A stretch of 64,000 nt of DNA from Xylographa opegraphella. Lineage: Eukaryota. Below are positions 50,050-63,712 of this stretch, piece by piece. The notes below the pieces were generated by a model. It did no database searches. It was not told the DNA's origin and saw only the letters and a list, made by a program, of their open reading frames with translations. Position 1 is the first letter of the stretch, and the number at the start of each line of letters is the position of its first letter. Made by a program: the position numbers and the translations under genes. The DNA lies in contig JALDZX010000001.1 of assembly GCA_022813865.1 (NCBI GenBank), positions 248,001 to 312,000 on the forward strand, read 5' to 3'.

Positions 50050-52328
50050 TTATCTCGAAAAGTTGATGATTGCAATCTGCGTGCTGGTGAGCTATGAAAA
50101 ATAGATGGGTGAGTGGCGGGTGCCGATACATACCTGATCCCTCAAGCCGTACGCCAGCTTCTTGCCATGTGCATCCCAGCTCAAAGAATGGGTGTCCATT
50201 CGCATTTCGTCGTCGTCGTCGTCATCGACGCCGTCCATGTGGTGGTCAAGGCCGGTCTGCCACTCGCCGTCTTTGCCCCTCCACGTGGCCGTCGGCATGC
50301 CCCTCCCCTCGGCCTTCCAGAAGAGCACTTTGTCCCAACTGGCAGCGGCCACGAGGTAGCCGTCGGGCGTGAAGCTCATCGCCAGCGCTGGCGAGGCGGA
50401 GCCGAGACCGAAGGACTGGACGAGGTCGAACGGGCGTCTCGCATCCCAGATCTTGATGGAGCCATCGATCGAGGCCGTGGCCAGCAAGCGAGGTACGGAG
50501 TCGGGGAAGGTGGCGGGGTTGGACAGGGGTTGGTAGACCAAGCCGGTGATCTCAGCGTCGTGCGCTCGCTTGACACGCATGGTACCCGAGCTGTCGACGA
50601 TGGCAAGATCTCCCGAGGTCTCGGCAGCGATGGCCATGCTGTGGGTGACGTCGTCGTACCGAATCTTCGACCATTCGCACGACGAGTCGACTCCCAGGCG
50701 AGTACTCCGTAGGGCGTCGATGCTGTGGTCCTCGATGTGAGACTCGGCAATCAGTCCGTTGCCACAGACCACAAATTTGCGATCCTCGGTCCATGCGGCA
50801 TCGAGCACGGCGGTCGGTAGGTGGAACGGCTGCATGGACGACCCGGTCTGGACATCCCACACGACCAGTGTACTGTCCACATCGTCCGAGTGGGTGACGC
50901 CGAGTATCAAAGAGCCAGACGCATTCCAGGCCAGGTTCAGCACCATGTCGGTCCCCCCCGGAAGCTCGTCCAGCATCGCTCCGTCCTTCGTGCATGTAAC
51001 GATCATTCCCCTCGACACCGGGGAGGAGGCGTAGTGGGCGACGGCCAGGTACTCGCCGTCGGGACTCCACGCCATGGACGTGACGAAGCAGTTCTCCGAG
51101 CCATCGAGCAGATCGGTGGGCGTGTACTGCTTCGGGCTGCCGTCGGGCGCATCCACGCTGGGCGACGTGGGGGCCGCGGGCACATAGGCGAGCGTCCAGA
51201 GACGGCATAGCGCGGTGCCCCCTGTCGCCAAGATGCGCGGGTCTCGTGGGTTCCAGGCGGCGTGCGTGACGTTCTTCTTCTCCGGCACCCTCAAAACGGT
51301 CGTTCCGGGCCCCAGCTCGGCAACCTTGTCGCTTTGCACTCCCACACTGCGGCCATTCGTCAGGGTCGGCGTAGGCGTCGGCGTCGTCGTCGTCGGCTGT
51401 ACCTGCAATGCACCCTCATCTGCACCCAGCGCCGTCGCTGCTGCATCCACGTCCATGCTCATGCCGCCCGCTGTCGCATCCGTGGGCCCTGCTGCTTCTG
51501 CTGCCGCGGCCGCGGTGGAGGGGGATTTCGCGGACGGGAAGTCGTGCTTGATCGTCGCCTCGGCGTGTTGGCTAGGTGGATGGCCACTCTGGTCCACGTC
51601 CATGCTGTCGCCGCTTTTAGGCACGGCTCCATTCGTTGTCGCCGTGCTCCCATTGCTGCGGCGGCTGCGTTTCACCGCTCGTCCTTCGAATTCGTAGGAG
51701 TAGCCATTTTCCGGTGGTTCCTTCCGCGCCACTTTGGTGGAGCGTGGTCGGTGTGAGAAGGTCGACGACGTGCACGCTGCTTCGTCTTCATCCAGGTTGC
51801 CGTTCGGTGTGACAGGGTCCTGGGCCGTTTCGGGTCCGAAGTAAAACATCGAAGGCGTGGGCGATCTTGGACGGCCATGCTAGTTGTCCAATTAGTGGGA
51901 GGAAGGACTGGAGCTTTCTTCACTCGAATGCAACATGCCTTGTCGAGAGAATGCTCGATTTCGTGATACAGAAGGCCCTTCTGCACCAGGGAGATGAGCG
52001 CATGCGTTCTGATGTGTCGCGCAAACGGTAGAGTTTCAGGATTCAGCCCCCAGTCCCGCTGGAGTCGGGCAGCCGTCTGACCGTGACCTTTGATCAAACT
52101 TGCAATTAGTATCTATCACCTTGGACCATAGAAGCAGTGAAAGGTCGTGTTCCTACCTGATTCTTGAAGATATCTATAGTTGATCAAAGAATGTTAGCGC
52201 TCCGGCGATTCCTGGGGGGCCGGAAGTGTTGGAGGAAGGACAACTGGACGGAAAGGGTTGACTCGATCCACGACATACCTCCAGATCAAGTAATTGACTT
52301 GATTCGACGTCAGTGGTCCGGCAGACAT
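50050..52328 (-). CDS. SIF2: LisH + WD40 protein Sif2/TBL1 (Set3 HDAC complex subunit)
   Basis: LTSNQVNYLIWRYLQESGHGQTA LisH motif, ALISLVQKGLLY and multiple WD40 repeats. Five exons, including a 17-nt microexon (52157-52173) and a GC-AG intron. Confidence 0.9.
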
Positions 52329-53206
52329 GATGCTACTCGGATCTCATCTAGTGGCAGCATGCAATCCACGATAGGCGAATGTTGCTATAGGCGGAGCGAG
52401 CTGCGATGGAAGGGAAGACAACGATGGGGCGCACTGTGTACAAAGATGGCGAAGGTGGAAAAGGCGCCAGCCAGGTGGTCCGACTAGAGCGCTTTGGCGA
52501 CTGTGTGAGCGATGCTTGAAAGAATTAAGATGGAGGTTGCAAGACCAGTCAAGATTCCTGGGCCCTTGGAGATGGTGGACTCTAGAACATTAGCTCCCGG
52601 ATCCTGGCTGGCCTATCACCAAAGCGCTGCAGCCTCCTGCAGGGGACGCCAACGCACGCCAGAGACAGGCCAGTGAGCTTTTTGGGTGGGTGGATGGTGG
52701 TCAAGAAGAAGGACGACGTGACCCGACACATGAACGGTTCCTCGGTCGCAAAGCGCAAGACGGCCTGACGTGAGATGAGTGGACGGGACGATGAGCTTGG
52801 GCGCTATATCTGACTTGCATGCCGTTGATGTTCACGAAGTCTGCTGGAGAGGCCCACGGTCCATGTTGGTCATGCACGGGAAATAAGGAACAAGGGAAGA
52901 TTACTGTGTTGGGTAGGGAATAGGGAATAATCATGAAGCTTCTACTCCGTCCTTCAGGCAATCGGCTCTTCGACCGGGGACGAGCAACGTTTTACTGTGT
53001 ACCACAGTACTTTACCGTAGGGTGGCCTGCTTAGTGGATGCGCTAGGACCCGCCTTAGAATGCTTGGCATCTCTTTCCAACCCGAGGCCCGCTCCGTGCT
53101 CCGTACTGGAGATTTATGACCTGGTCGTTGTTGACGAAAAGCTATGCACCAAGTCCCCTCAAGATATCTGTCCCTCCATTCACGGCTGTGTTGAGCCTTC
53201 GTGGTC

Positions 53207-54339
53207 ATGGCGCTGCGCATTAACATTCCCCCGCTGACACGCGTTATTCTCGTGCTCCTCGTCGGCTTCTCTGTGCTCTACCAAGCTGCCTCATACCGAC
53301 AATATACGTCGGGTGACTCGCAGGTTCGAACGGGAGTCCCTTGGATAGCGTTGACTCCGCAGCTGTCGATCTACTATCCGTGGGCGTATGTCACCTCGAC
53401 CTTTGCGGAAAAGAATGTGCTTACCTTGCTGATCGGTGCTGCGACGCTGTTCTACGGTGGGAAATACCTTGAGCGCGCCTGGGGCTCAGCCGAGTTCGGC
53501 AAGTTTCTCTTGATAGTAGTCCTTCTCTCGAATGTCGTGGCGTCATGCCTTTACGTGTTACTTTTCGCTATCACAAGAGCGGATGCTCAAGCGTTGGTTT
53601 GCCCAGGTTGCGTAACTCGACCTTGGACTAACTATTTCTCAGATGGGTATCGTTACAAGGCTCAATAGCCTTGCAGGCCGCTTTCCTTGTCGCATTTAAA
53701 CAATTGGTCCCAGAACACACCGTCACCATCTTGAAGGGCATAATCAAAATCCGTGTCAAACACTTTCCCGCAATCTTTCTCACCGCGAATACAATATCTG
53801 GGGTAGTGTTTGGCACCCATGTGGCGGCCGTCCTTTCGTGGCTTGGATTTCTCACGAGTTGGACATATCTACGCTTCTACAAGAAACAGCCCGATCTGTC
53901 GGGAACGAATACAGGCAGCACCACGCTACAAGGAGACGCTTCCGAGACCTTTGCATTCGCATACTTCTGGCCCGATATCGTGCATGGACCCGTGGCTGCG
54001 GTGTCAGATAGTATCTTCAATCTCTTGGTGGCGGCCAGGATCTTCACACCATTTTCTGCGGAGGACATTCAGACGAGCAATGACCAGGCCAATGCTAGAG
54101 GAGAGGCTGGTTTGCCGAGTCTTTTGAATCAAGGAAACCGACGCGGTGGCAGCGGAAAGAGAGAAGAGGCAGAGCGAAGGAGAGCGCTCGCACTCAAAGC
54201 CTTAGATCAGAGATTACAAGCTGCCACAGCAACTCGACAGCAACCCGGACCTTCTGCACCAATGCCGAGCAGCGTGGGCAAAGCCAATCCTGCAATGGAA
54301 GCTGCCACTGACAAGAAAGATGATTCGACGATGGTATGA
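53207..54339 (+). CDS. DUF1751 / TMEM115-like rhomboid-fold Golgi membrane protein
   Basis: IPPLTR, GKYLERAWGSAEFGKF, AFLVAFKQLVPEHTV, SWTYLRFY, GDASETFAF and EAERRRALALKALDQRL. One intron at 53593-53642. Confidence 0.92.
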
Positions 54340-54682
54340 GGAATGTATGACGTGAAATATTCTATCGATTCGCTCTAAATGTCATATTGAGATTTATAAC
54401 CTTTTTGGTTTCCTGAAGTCTGTTCTCGACTGGGCGAAGATACCATGGCGCTGGATGAAGTTCTTTTGTAGCTTAGAAGGATATATAGAGAACAATTACA
54501 TGTACAATACAGCTTACTTCTAATAAAAAAAATAGCCAAAGCACTGAACTCATGTAGCTGCGGTTCTCGCCAAGAGCCAGAGGGCCACTAGTGCAGGCTG
54601 GCAGCTTATCGATAAACACAAAGTTAGTGCGATATTTCACGAAATAATGTGATTCTACACTTTGGTTTGGAAACTGAGCTTC

Positions 54683-57600
54683 ATGATGGAGGAAGCAGTA
54701 TCCTTGACGGAGAAGCTTGAGAAAATCAAGTCCCCGAAGCTCCAAAACCAGCGAGAAGTACACTACGAGCGCTTATATATTCTGTGCCCTTTCTCTGACT
54801 CTCGAACAGACTGCCATAGTACTCTCCGCAATTGAGGATACCCTGAAATCTCAAAATCATGATTCTACACCTACCGCATATTTTGCTGCATTATTGGCGC
54901 TCCTCAGTCAGGCAATATCTCCAACGAAAGGCCCTGTGAACAAGGAGCTCGCTACATCGGTTGTATATCTCCTCGATCTTGTCACGCCTTATGTCCCAAC
55001 GCCAATCCTACGATCCAAATTCTCACAAATATTGACAAGTCTTGCGCCGGCATTAACGCACCAAGATATCGAGGCGCCTTTGTTGCGTTCGTCGGTAGGA
55101 TGTCTCGAGACGCTTTTGGTGGCCCAAGATGCCGCAGCATGGACATTGCCGCCGACACAGATTGGCCCACGAAGGGCGATTGCCGGTCTCCTAGTACTCG
55201 CGGTCGATCACAGGCCCAAAGTACGAAAGAGATCACTCGATACGCTGATCAAAGTACTGAAGAACCCTCCCCCAAGCCCATCCTTGGATCATCCGGCTGC
55301 AGATATGTGCGCCGAGACAGTGTTGCACAATTTGAATGATCTCGTGCAGCTTGCCGGGAAAAAGCACAAAGGTCGGGCTTCTGGGAACGAAGAACATCAT
55401 CCAAGTCTCATGCATACCTTGCAGCTTGTCAAGAGTATTGCCGCAGCGTCAGGCGGATGGCCGACGAAGAAGATAGATTCCCTGTGCGAGTGTCTCCTTG
55501 GTATATCAAAGTCGAGCAACGAATATCTGACAATGGCCGTATTTGAAATATTCGAGATTATATTTGCTGGTATGGCCGAGGAGACTACGTCCTCGAAATT
55601 GCCCAGGCTTATGGAGGTGATCTCTGATCTGCGACCGTCACAAAATGACTCTCAGCTATTGCCTCCATGGATTGCAATCATGTCAAGAGGGTATGACGTT
55701 TCTGCTCAGTTACACCCCGAGGAGACTTTTCAGAAGCTCCCTGAGCTATTCCACTTGTTTTCTGGCTTTTTGGCCTCGATGTCTCACAGTATTCGAATTT
55801 CTGCCTCTGAGTGTCTGATTTCCTTCATAACCAATTGCATACCGACTACTGCTATCACAGAACCCTTTGTGTATGATGAAAAGATATTAGAAAGACTAGG
55901 CAGAGCAGCTATTGATCTTCTGAGTGTCAAGTATCAAGCTGCATGGATGGAAGTGTTCAACGTGATTTTTGCCCTCTTCGATGCTCTGAAGTGGAGAGCA
56001 ACGCCCCTACTCGACGAAGTCGTCAAAACTATTGGTGAACTGAGAGGCAATGAGTCATTCAGTGGCAAAAAGGAGGCCGACATCGTTCTAGGAAAAGCTA
56101 TTGAAGCAGTAGGGCCAGAAACTGTACTTGGTATACTGCCGTTAAACCTCCTAAATCCGAAAGCTGGACAACCTGGGAGAGCCTGGCTTTTACCTATTCT
56201 TCGAGAACATGTTATAAATACAAATCTCATGCACTTTAGGCGGGAGTTTGTTCCACTTAGTGAAACAGTGTATCAGAAAGTTGTCGACAACGGTGTCGTT
56301 GAGAAGACTATAGAGGTCAAAATTTACGAGACGCTGGTGACGCAAATCTGGGCTTTGTTGCCTGGGTATTGCACTTTGCCTCTTGACGTGACAAAGGCGT
56401 TTGACCAGACGTTCGCTGAACTTCTAGCCAACCTACTATATAAGCAGACCAATCTGAGAGCCGATGTTTGCAAAGCGCTGCAATTGCTTGTGGACACGAA
56501 CAAGGAGATTTTGTCAATAGAAGGCGTCGAAGAGAATTTTCTTCTACAGCGACGTATCACAAAATCAATTGCTAGAGGAAATATCGATCACCTGGCATCG
56601 TTCGCAGGAAACATTCTCGCTGTGCTCTTTAATGTGTATAGCCAGACGCTGCCGCAGTTTCGGGGGTATATCCTTCAGTGTATAAATGCTTACCTTAGCA
56701 TTACTCCCGAGAAGGTTTGAAAGAATGACTGCCCTACCCGATTCTAGAGGCTTACATCAATCTAGGAACTTCTTGAGACATTTGCGCGAGTTACTAGCAT
56801 GCTAGAGGTGGCCCTCGCAGAGTCCACAGCGCAATCGCAAGCAGACAAACAGAAGCAGAAACAATCTGAGAACAAAATGCCGCCCACAAGTCATACACTC
56901 ATGGATCTTATTATCACCCTATCAATCTATCTCCCGCGATCCAGCTTTCCTACTCTCTTCTCTCTTGCGGCGCTCATTCTTCCACAATCTGCAGATCCCC
57001 AGTTGCAGAAGAAAGCTTACAAACTGATACCACGTCTCGCAACTTCTACAACTGGCATACTCGCGCTTCAAGATCGTAATGCCGAGCTCCAACAACTTCT
57101 TCTTACAAGTGCTTCGTCAGCTTCCGCGCCATCAAGAAGAGATCGCCTGGCTGCTATTGCTGTTGTCACTACTTACCTTCCATCCACATCTCTTCACTTT
57201 ATTCCTTCAATCCTCTCAGAGGTTGTCATATCCGCAAAAGAAGTCAATGAGAAAGCTCGTACTGCCGCCTTTGATCTTCTCGTGCTTATGGGCAAGAAGA
57301 TGGCTGAGGGAGGCACAATCGCGCAATCGCAAATTCCACATTTGCCAGCAGACGCTCCAGATGCGGAAGCCACTTTGGAAGAATTTTTCACCATGGTTTC
57401 GGCAGGCCTAGCAGGCTCGACACCTCATATGATTTCAGCTAGCATTACAGCCTTATCGCGAATACTCTATGAGTTCCGCACACAGCTTCCCGACCAAGTC
57501 CTTGAAGACTTGGTTTCGACTATGGCAATCTTCCTTGACTCTAACAATCGGGAGATTGTCCGTAGCGTTCTTGGTTTTGTCAAAATTGCAGTAATAAGCC

Positions 57601-58622
57601 TACCGGAGAACATTGTTCGACCAAGGCTCGAGGCGTTGATTCCAAACTTGATGGGCTGGAGTCATGAGCACAAGGCTAGATTTCGAGTGAAGGTCAAGCA
57701 TATCGTGGAGAGAATGATCCGAAGATTTGGTGTTGAGGCCGTTGAGAGATACTGCCCCGAAGCCGATAAGAAACTCATCCACAACATTCGTAAGAGCAAA
57801 GAGAGAAGCAAGCGGAAGAAGGAAGCTGGCGGAGATAATATGGACGGTGAAGTTGATGACAAGCAGAAGAGTAGGAAAGGTCGCTTCGAAAGCGAATTTG
57901 ACGAAGCCATTTACGGTAGCGGGAGCGATGCAGATAATAGCGATGTGGGTGATGATCTCTCAGACAGTAATGATGATTCCAAGGCGCGGCAGCGGAGAGG
58001 CGGGAAGACCTACATCGTCGAGGACGAAGATGAACCTCTGGACCTACTGGACCGGAAGGCCCTTGGTAACATATCCAGCACAAAGCCAGTGCGATTTAAG
58101 GCCGGCCCAGCAAACGGCAAGGGAAGAACGAAAGCAAAGACCGATTTGGATGGAAAACTCGTGTTTGGAGGCGATGATGATGATACGATGATGCTTGATT
58201 TTGATGCTTCGGGAAATACTAAGAATGCGAAGGGTGGAGAAGAGCCAGGTGATGGGAGCCTTGAGGGCGGGATTAATGCTTACGTTGACGCTATCCGAGG
58301 CCGTGATGCGGTTCAGAGGGGTAGAGGGGGCAGGTTGAAGTTCAGCAATCGTAAGGAGAAAGCTGACGAAATGGAAATCGACGACGATGGAGAAACGCCG
58401 CGAGGAGCGAGTAGGGCCAATGGCAATAATGGGTCTCGGAGGACTGGATCTGCCGGTAGAGGTGGAGGAGTCGCGAGAGGGGCGCGACATAGTAAAGACC
58501 AGAGACAGGCCTTCGGTGGCGGCAGAACCGGAAGCGGGAGGGTTTCGAAGAATGCAGGAAGAGGAGGTGGGAGAGGTGGGAGAGGTGGGAACAAGGACGG
58601 CATCGGTAGAGGTAGGAGGTAA
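54683..58622 (+). CDS. RRP12: Ribosome biogenesis HEAT-repeat protein Rrp12 (NUC173 domain)
   Basis: KLEKIKSPKLQNQ start, TPTAYFAALL, DHRPKVRK, GRAWLLPILR, QIWALLPGYC, NNREIVRSVLGFVK, EPLDLLD and an RGG tail. Three exons. Confidence 0.96.
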
Positions 58623-61316
58623 ATGGTGGAGCACTAAGTTCGGGACTGCAGGGCTTCTTGAGGCAACGAAGCTGAGGATTTGGAAATGCCTGCATGATAG
58701 TGAATCGTGTACCAGAAGCTCGTTGCGCTGAAGCATTATGGCCGTGACCAACCAACAGTCAAATAATTACCTCGGTTTGGGTAAGAGAAGGACTTCCACG
58801 CCTTCATGTCTTACCTATGACGGAGGTGTAATGAAGCGGACCGAAGATTGTCATTGTGGCTATTTATTCTACACATGACTTTTCAAGCATTACAGCCTCC
58901 TACCTCAAACCATATGTCGCGCTCATCCTTGACAGTATATTCACGACTCTCCCTCTCTATTTACTCCCCGCCCCATTCCCAGGGTCCGAATGAAGGCAAA
59001 ACATCTCAGGACGCTGCTCAATCGCAGCTCATCTCTATCCTTACTGTTCTCTCTGCTTGCTACTCATGCGTACCTTCGTTCCTCGCTAAGTTTGCTATTC
59101 CCGCTTGTTAGAATGGTTGTGGAGTTGGGGATCTGGTTGAGGTTTCGATGGCCCATTTTTTTTTATTGTTGGGGTGCCTTCCGGAGCTGGATCCGGTTTC
59201 TTTGGCGAGGTGAGAGAGTATACAATGGCGGACGTAGTGGTGAAAGAGGGCTGGCTGCTCCGAGAATTTCAACTCCGATATCTTGTCCGAGAGATCATGT
59301 AGCTCGTTGGCGAGCTTTCATTCTACTCCCGCTCTTCATCCACCTACGCTCAATATTCTCTTACTCTCTCCGTCGCACTCACCCCAGATCCCTTTACCCA
59401 CCATCTCATTCACGCTAAACTCTCATCCTCTCCTTGGTCTTGCTTCACTCCTGCTCACCGCACACCCTTTCATAATTGTAACTGGCGGAATGCACGAGCG
59501 AGATGAACGGCCACTGCGTATATGAAAGCCACCGCTCTCTCGCTCCTTCCTTTCTCAGGCCACCGGCACATTACAAGCGAGGGCCTACGTAAGAATTAAC
59601 ATAGAGTTTACTGCGGAGAGCTGTTTTCCAAGCACACAAACCGAACGGTATCAACATCCCACAATCCCTTTGCAATCTTGGAGTCCGGATTAACCCATCC
59701 TACACAAGTCTGCACCCATCAAGGTCGTCCGCACCATTTACACTCCATCGCCTACGTCCATTCTCGCCAGCACCATTACTACGACCTACTCCAGCCACGA
59801 CGTCCCAGAAGCTCGTCCAGCACCCGGCACTCGAAGCCCAGCGTCCGAGATGCCCTACTCCAAAGCCGGTTTCCGATTATATGCGATGCGTATACGGGGA
59901 CGGCAAGAAATCGGAGTATTCAAGAGAGTCCTGAATCCGGCTAGAGGAATAACGAGATAGTGAAGCAGAGAGCACCGGAGGCCAAAAAAGCCCGGGAAAA
60001 CATGCCGGAACCGTGGGAGGACAGGTGCGAAAGCCGGGGCGGATCGAACTAGGAACTGCTCTAAAGCTGGGTTGGAAGGGGCCGGGGTTGGTGGTATTTC
60101 GATGATGGCATCGAATAGTTGTCTTTAGTTCTGCCACTGCTGTCTGCATAGTTACCTCTTTGAGATCGCGAAGAACGGTTGGTCAGAATTTGCATGCATG
60201 CATGCGTGCACACGGGCGAGCGATTGCCTAATTTTGGGAACTGTGACAGCTGGATTGTAATTTGATAGGAGTCCAATGAACGCAATAAGAAACCTCCTCC
60301 GACGTGACTTGACCGGCGTGACATTGCAGAACCTACTATCAGTGATGTAGCGTGGCGGATCTCGGGGTGAATTCAGCCTTGCCCTCTTCCAGTGAATTCC
60401 GCGAGCTGGAACCGGGAGGAACGTACATCCCTTCGATACCCTGGATTGGTAGCCGTCTGTTCTAGCTAAACTGCAAATATATCGAATCCCAACAGCTACC
60501 GACGCTCATAAAAGCCCATGCGTAAAGACAAGGGACCTGGGCCCATTTAACGTCATTAGGACCTTTTGTTTAATGCGCCTCCTCGTTGCAACCTACTTCT
60601 CTGGAAGTAGGCACACATCGTTTGATCTTCCTCAACCCTTCCTTCACCACTGCCCACCAGATTTCTCATTTGCGACGTAACACCACCGATCACTTCGTGC
60701 CCCATTCCGAGCTTTCCCTGCGCCGTACAACTCGTGTTCGCGCTCTTCAGGGCGTACTCTCGCTGTTCACTGCGTTTCTTCGATGCTCCACGCCTTTAAT
60801 TGGAGTTCACGACACCTCCTCCTTCCCAGGCGTCGGGTTTTCCTTGATCTTCACGCTCGCGCTCCGGTCTTCACGTTGCGCTTCACCCTCCACAGTATCT
60901 CTGTGTCACCTTGGTACATAGGAAGCCCTCGAAGTATATGAGCAGCTGGAAATATGGCTGCTCTCTCTCGCGTCCAGGCACACACACAAACACGGGGGAA
61001 GAGAGACAGAAGCAGGATATCACAACACACATACATAAAAATACACAACACACACAACACCGAGCCATCTTCTCAATTCCTCGAGAAATTCTTCAACACA
61101 GAGGGCCTACCTCGCCAGCATAGCACTCGGACTTGTGCATCTGGTACTGTTTCCGAGAGGCCTCTCCCAGACCCGTCCGTCTCTCACGAGGCTTCGACTG
61201 AACGATCCGGTAGCAAAAGCTATCTTGCAAGGGGAAAAAGGTATCACATTCTGTGACTACGAGTCAAATGAAACTGCTTCCGAAGCCATAAAAAGAGAAG
61301 AGACCGCTTCATCACC

Positions 61317-61799
61317 ATGTCCGCCCCTAGGAGGCCAAAAGACACCATCAACTTCTCGTGGCCTTTCGAGAACCCCAAATCTGCAACGTCAGGGGCCGCT
61401 CCGCGTCCTTCCAACGAGAACATAGATCCGCTTTCGATCGCTCGCCCGTTCAGCGTCATTCAAGTCCCGTCTTCGACTGCTGGCCCTTCCAACGTGGGCC
61501 GAATTCGGCCTTCAGATGTTGGTGCTTCCGATGCGTATCAACATTCGCGTCAAACCGCAGCCGGTTATCGCCCTGGACCCGCAGGATCTATGGTTAGTAA
61601 GTGGAGTGCTGATAGTAGCATAACCGATAAACCAAATGTAGGTGGCAGCCTGCTTGGTGAAGTGTTCGAATCATTGACATCACCCAGACGATACAGTCTA
61701 TCAAGAATGCATTTAGCAAGGCCGGAAAAAAGGAGGAAAAAACGAGTGCGTGGGCAGACCCGAGTCAGGGAAGAAGACTCAGACAGAGGAGTTCCTTGA
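61317..61799 (+). CDS. Possible orphan ORF (160 aa, low complexity)
   Basis: Good Kozak context (TCACCATG) and a basic NLS-like stretch RPEKRRKKRVR. No recognisable family, and exon structure uncertain. Confidence 0.3.
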   Translation: MSAPRRPKDTINFSWPFENPKSATSGAAPRPSNENIDPLSIARPFSVIQVPSSTAGPSNVGRIRPSDVGASDAYQHSRQTAAGYRPGPAGSMVSKWSADSSITDKPNVGGSLLGEVFESLTSPRRYSLSRMHLARPEKRRKKRVRGQTRVREEDSDRGVP

Positions 61800-62560
61800 G
61801 AAATCTTTTCAGGAAAAATTCGGACATTGCTGAGGAAGATTTACCGGGTTCAAGTCAGAGCAAAACATGAAGGATCTCTTCTTCTGGATGAGGTAGGAGC
61901 CCGATGGCTGAAAAGTTATAATTAATGAATGATGAAATCTGCGTGCACCAGTTTATTGTCAGCCAGAGGGATTCGCTTATGTATTGAGACTTCTGCGAGC
62001 ATGCCTTGATTCTGTGGCCGATATTGTGTAATTGTGGCAAGTGCTGCACACAGGCATGCCGGTTTTCTGATATTTTACATTAATTATCATTGAGTTGTGC
62101 TTGTTTTGGTTAACAGCCATAGATACTATAATCACAAGCCCTGTTCTCGAGCTCAAAGTCTCTTGAGGTGCTGGTGTACACACCGAGTCTTGATAAGGTA
62201 GGCGCTGCTTATGCAGACTGAGATAATCGTGTATGTATGCGTATAGATCACCCATTCATGGGTAAACCATAGTATACTCCAAGCTATGAGAAGCTCTACG
62301 ATCGACTGATATGTAGATTTTCCCCGGGTATACCTTTATAAGTCAGTTCTCATATTACTCTCGGACCTGGGTCTGTTACCATTATACCAGGCCTTCAATT
62401 GGAGGCTTGAATCCATGTGAAATTTAGCCGATTGAGAGCTATCTGAAGTCCGCGGCCGAGTGAGTCTTCTGACCCTAGCATTCTTCTTCGCTTCTAAGCT
62501 TTTGATGCTTTGCTATTTCTGATACCCATATCCGCTCTGCCGACTTGCCGACTTCTCCAG

Positions 62561-62720
62561 TTCTCGTGCCTGTTCTTCACTTCTCGTGCCTGTTCTTCAC
62601 TTCTCGTGCCTGTTCTTCACTTCTCATGCGTTTCTCACTGTCTTCACAGTGTACCACCTTCTTCACAGTGTAACACCTTCTTCACAGTGTACCACCTTCT
62701 TCACAGTGCACCACCCTCTT
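62561..62720 (+). repeat. Two adjacent minisatellites (20-nt x3-4 and 19-nt x4)
   Basis: TTCTCGTGCCTGTTCTTCAC x3, then TTCTTCACAGTGTACCACC-like x4. Confidence 0.9.
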
Positions 62721-63127
62721 CGCGCCGGTTTCCTCAACCTTCACAGAATATCATGAATTTCTTCGCGGTGGCCATACAGTCCCGGCAGCCTTCCCCTGCC
62801 TATATATACCCCAACAATGTCCAAAGATGTTCAACTTCCCAGACAACCACCAATATTTGTCTCCCAGACCATCAAGTACCAAAACTACCACCCACACAAG
62901 AGCTTTATCAACATTTGTCGAGCACGTATCATCCAGCCACATTTGGATAGACTGCCTTGAGAGTACTCGGAGCCCCAACATAAATCTCTCTCCAACTTGC
63001 GAAGGACACATTGTCTAACATCTTTACCCTCTCTTCTCGCTGGACCTTTCACCGGGTACTTCGCCAGTTTTAAAAGTCTCCGTCGCCAGAACTCAAGCTC
63101 TCCCGCTTTTGATTTCGAAGCGCGAAG

Positions 63128-63712
63128 ATGTGCATACAGCATGTCGATGTCATCAAGTGCAGGAGAGAGGAGTCCGAGAAGAAAGCGAAATTGTTGCACG
63201 TTAATTTCACGAAATTTGCGAAATGCAATGCTGCAGCTCCTCACAACGCGCTTCCTTGCGAAGGAGATACTGTCACATTCGAAGTGGATGAAACGATCAA
63301 GGCTGTACAGAAGACCGATATTGAGCAGAACAAGTGTCCAGTCTGCCACAAGCTGCCCCGTGCAAATGCGACACCTGTTACAGGACATACAATCGGTGAT
63401 ATATGGGTACATTACCTGTTCCAGCACCAGCGAAAGTGTTATGCTATATATCGAGATGTGGAAGAGAAGATCGGGAGAACAATGATCGATGGAATGAAAG
63501 TACACACACGCCCAGAAGGCTGGTTCTCATTCTTCGTAGATGTCAGCCCAAACAAGATTTATAAAGTCAACCCTGATTTCAAAATTGAGTATGTCTTGGT
63601 TGAGGTGGGGCAAAAAAGGCACAAGTATGAGTTCAAGGAAATTGCGAATATCAAGTTTTTAAGATTTGGAAAACCGGGTGAGGAGTTGGTGGATAAGGCA
63701 GGTAAGAAGTAG
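63128..63712 (+). CDS. Possible orphan protein (194 aa ORF) with CxxC...HxxxxH motif
   Basis: Natural-looking, Lys/Glu-rich globular composition with CPVCH...HYLFQH. No family recognised; the start is uncertain. Confidence 0.4.
   Translation: MCIQHVDVIKCRREESEKKAKLLHVNFTKFAKCNAAAPHNALPCEGDTVTFEVDETIKAVQKTDIEQNKCPVCHKLPRANATPVTGHTIGDIWVHYLFQHQRKCYAIYRDVEEKIGRTMIDGMKVHTRPEGWFSFFVDVSPNKIYKVNPDFKIEYVLVEVGQKRHKYEFKEIANIKFLRFGKPGEELVDKAGKK

Noticed and set aside
58044..58751. 235-aa minus-strand ORF
   Set aside because: Antisense shadow of the RGG-rich 3' end of RRP12.
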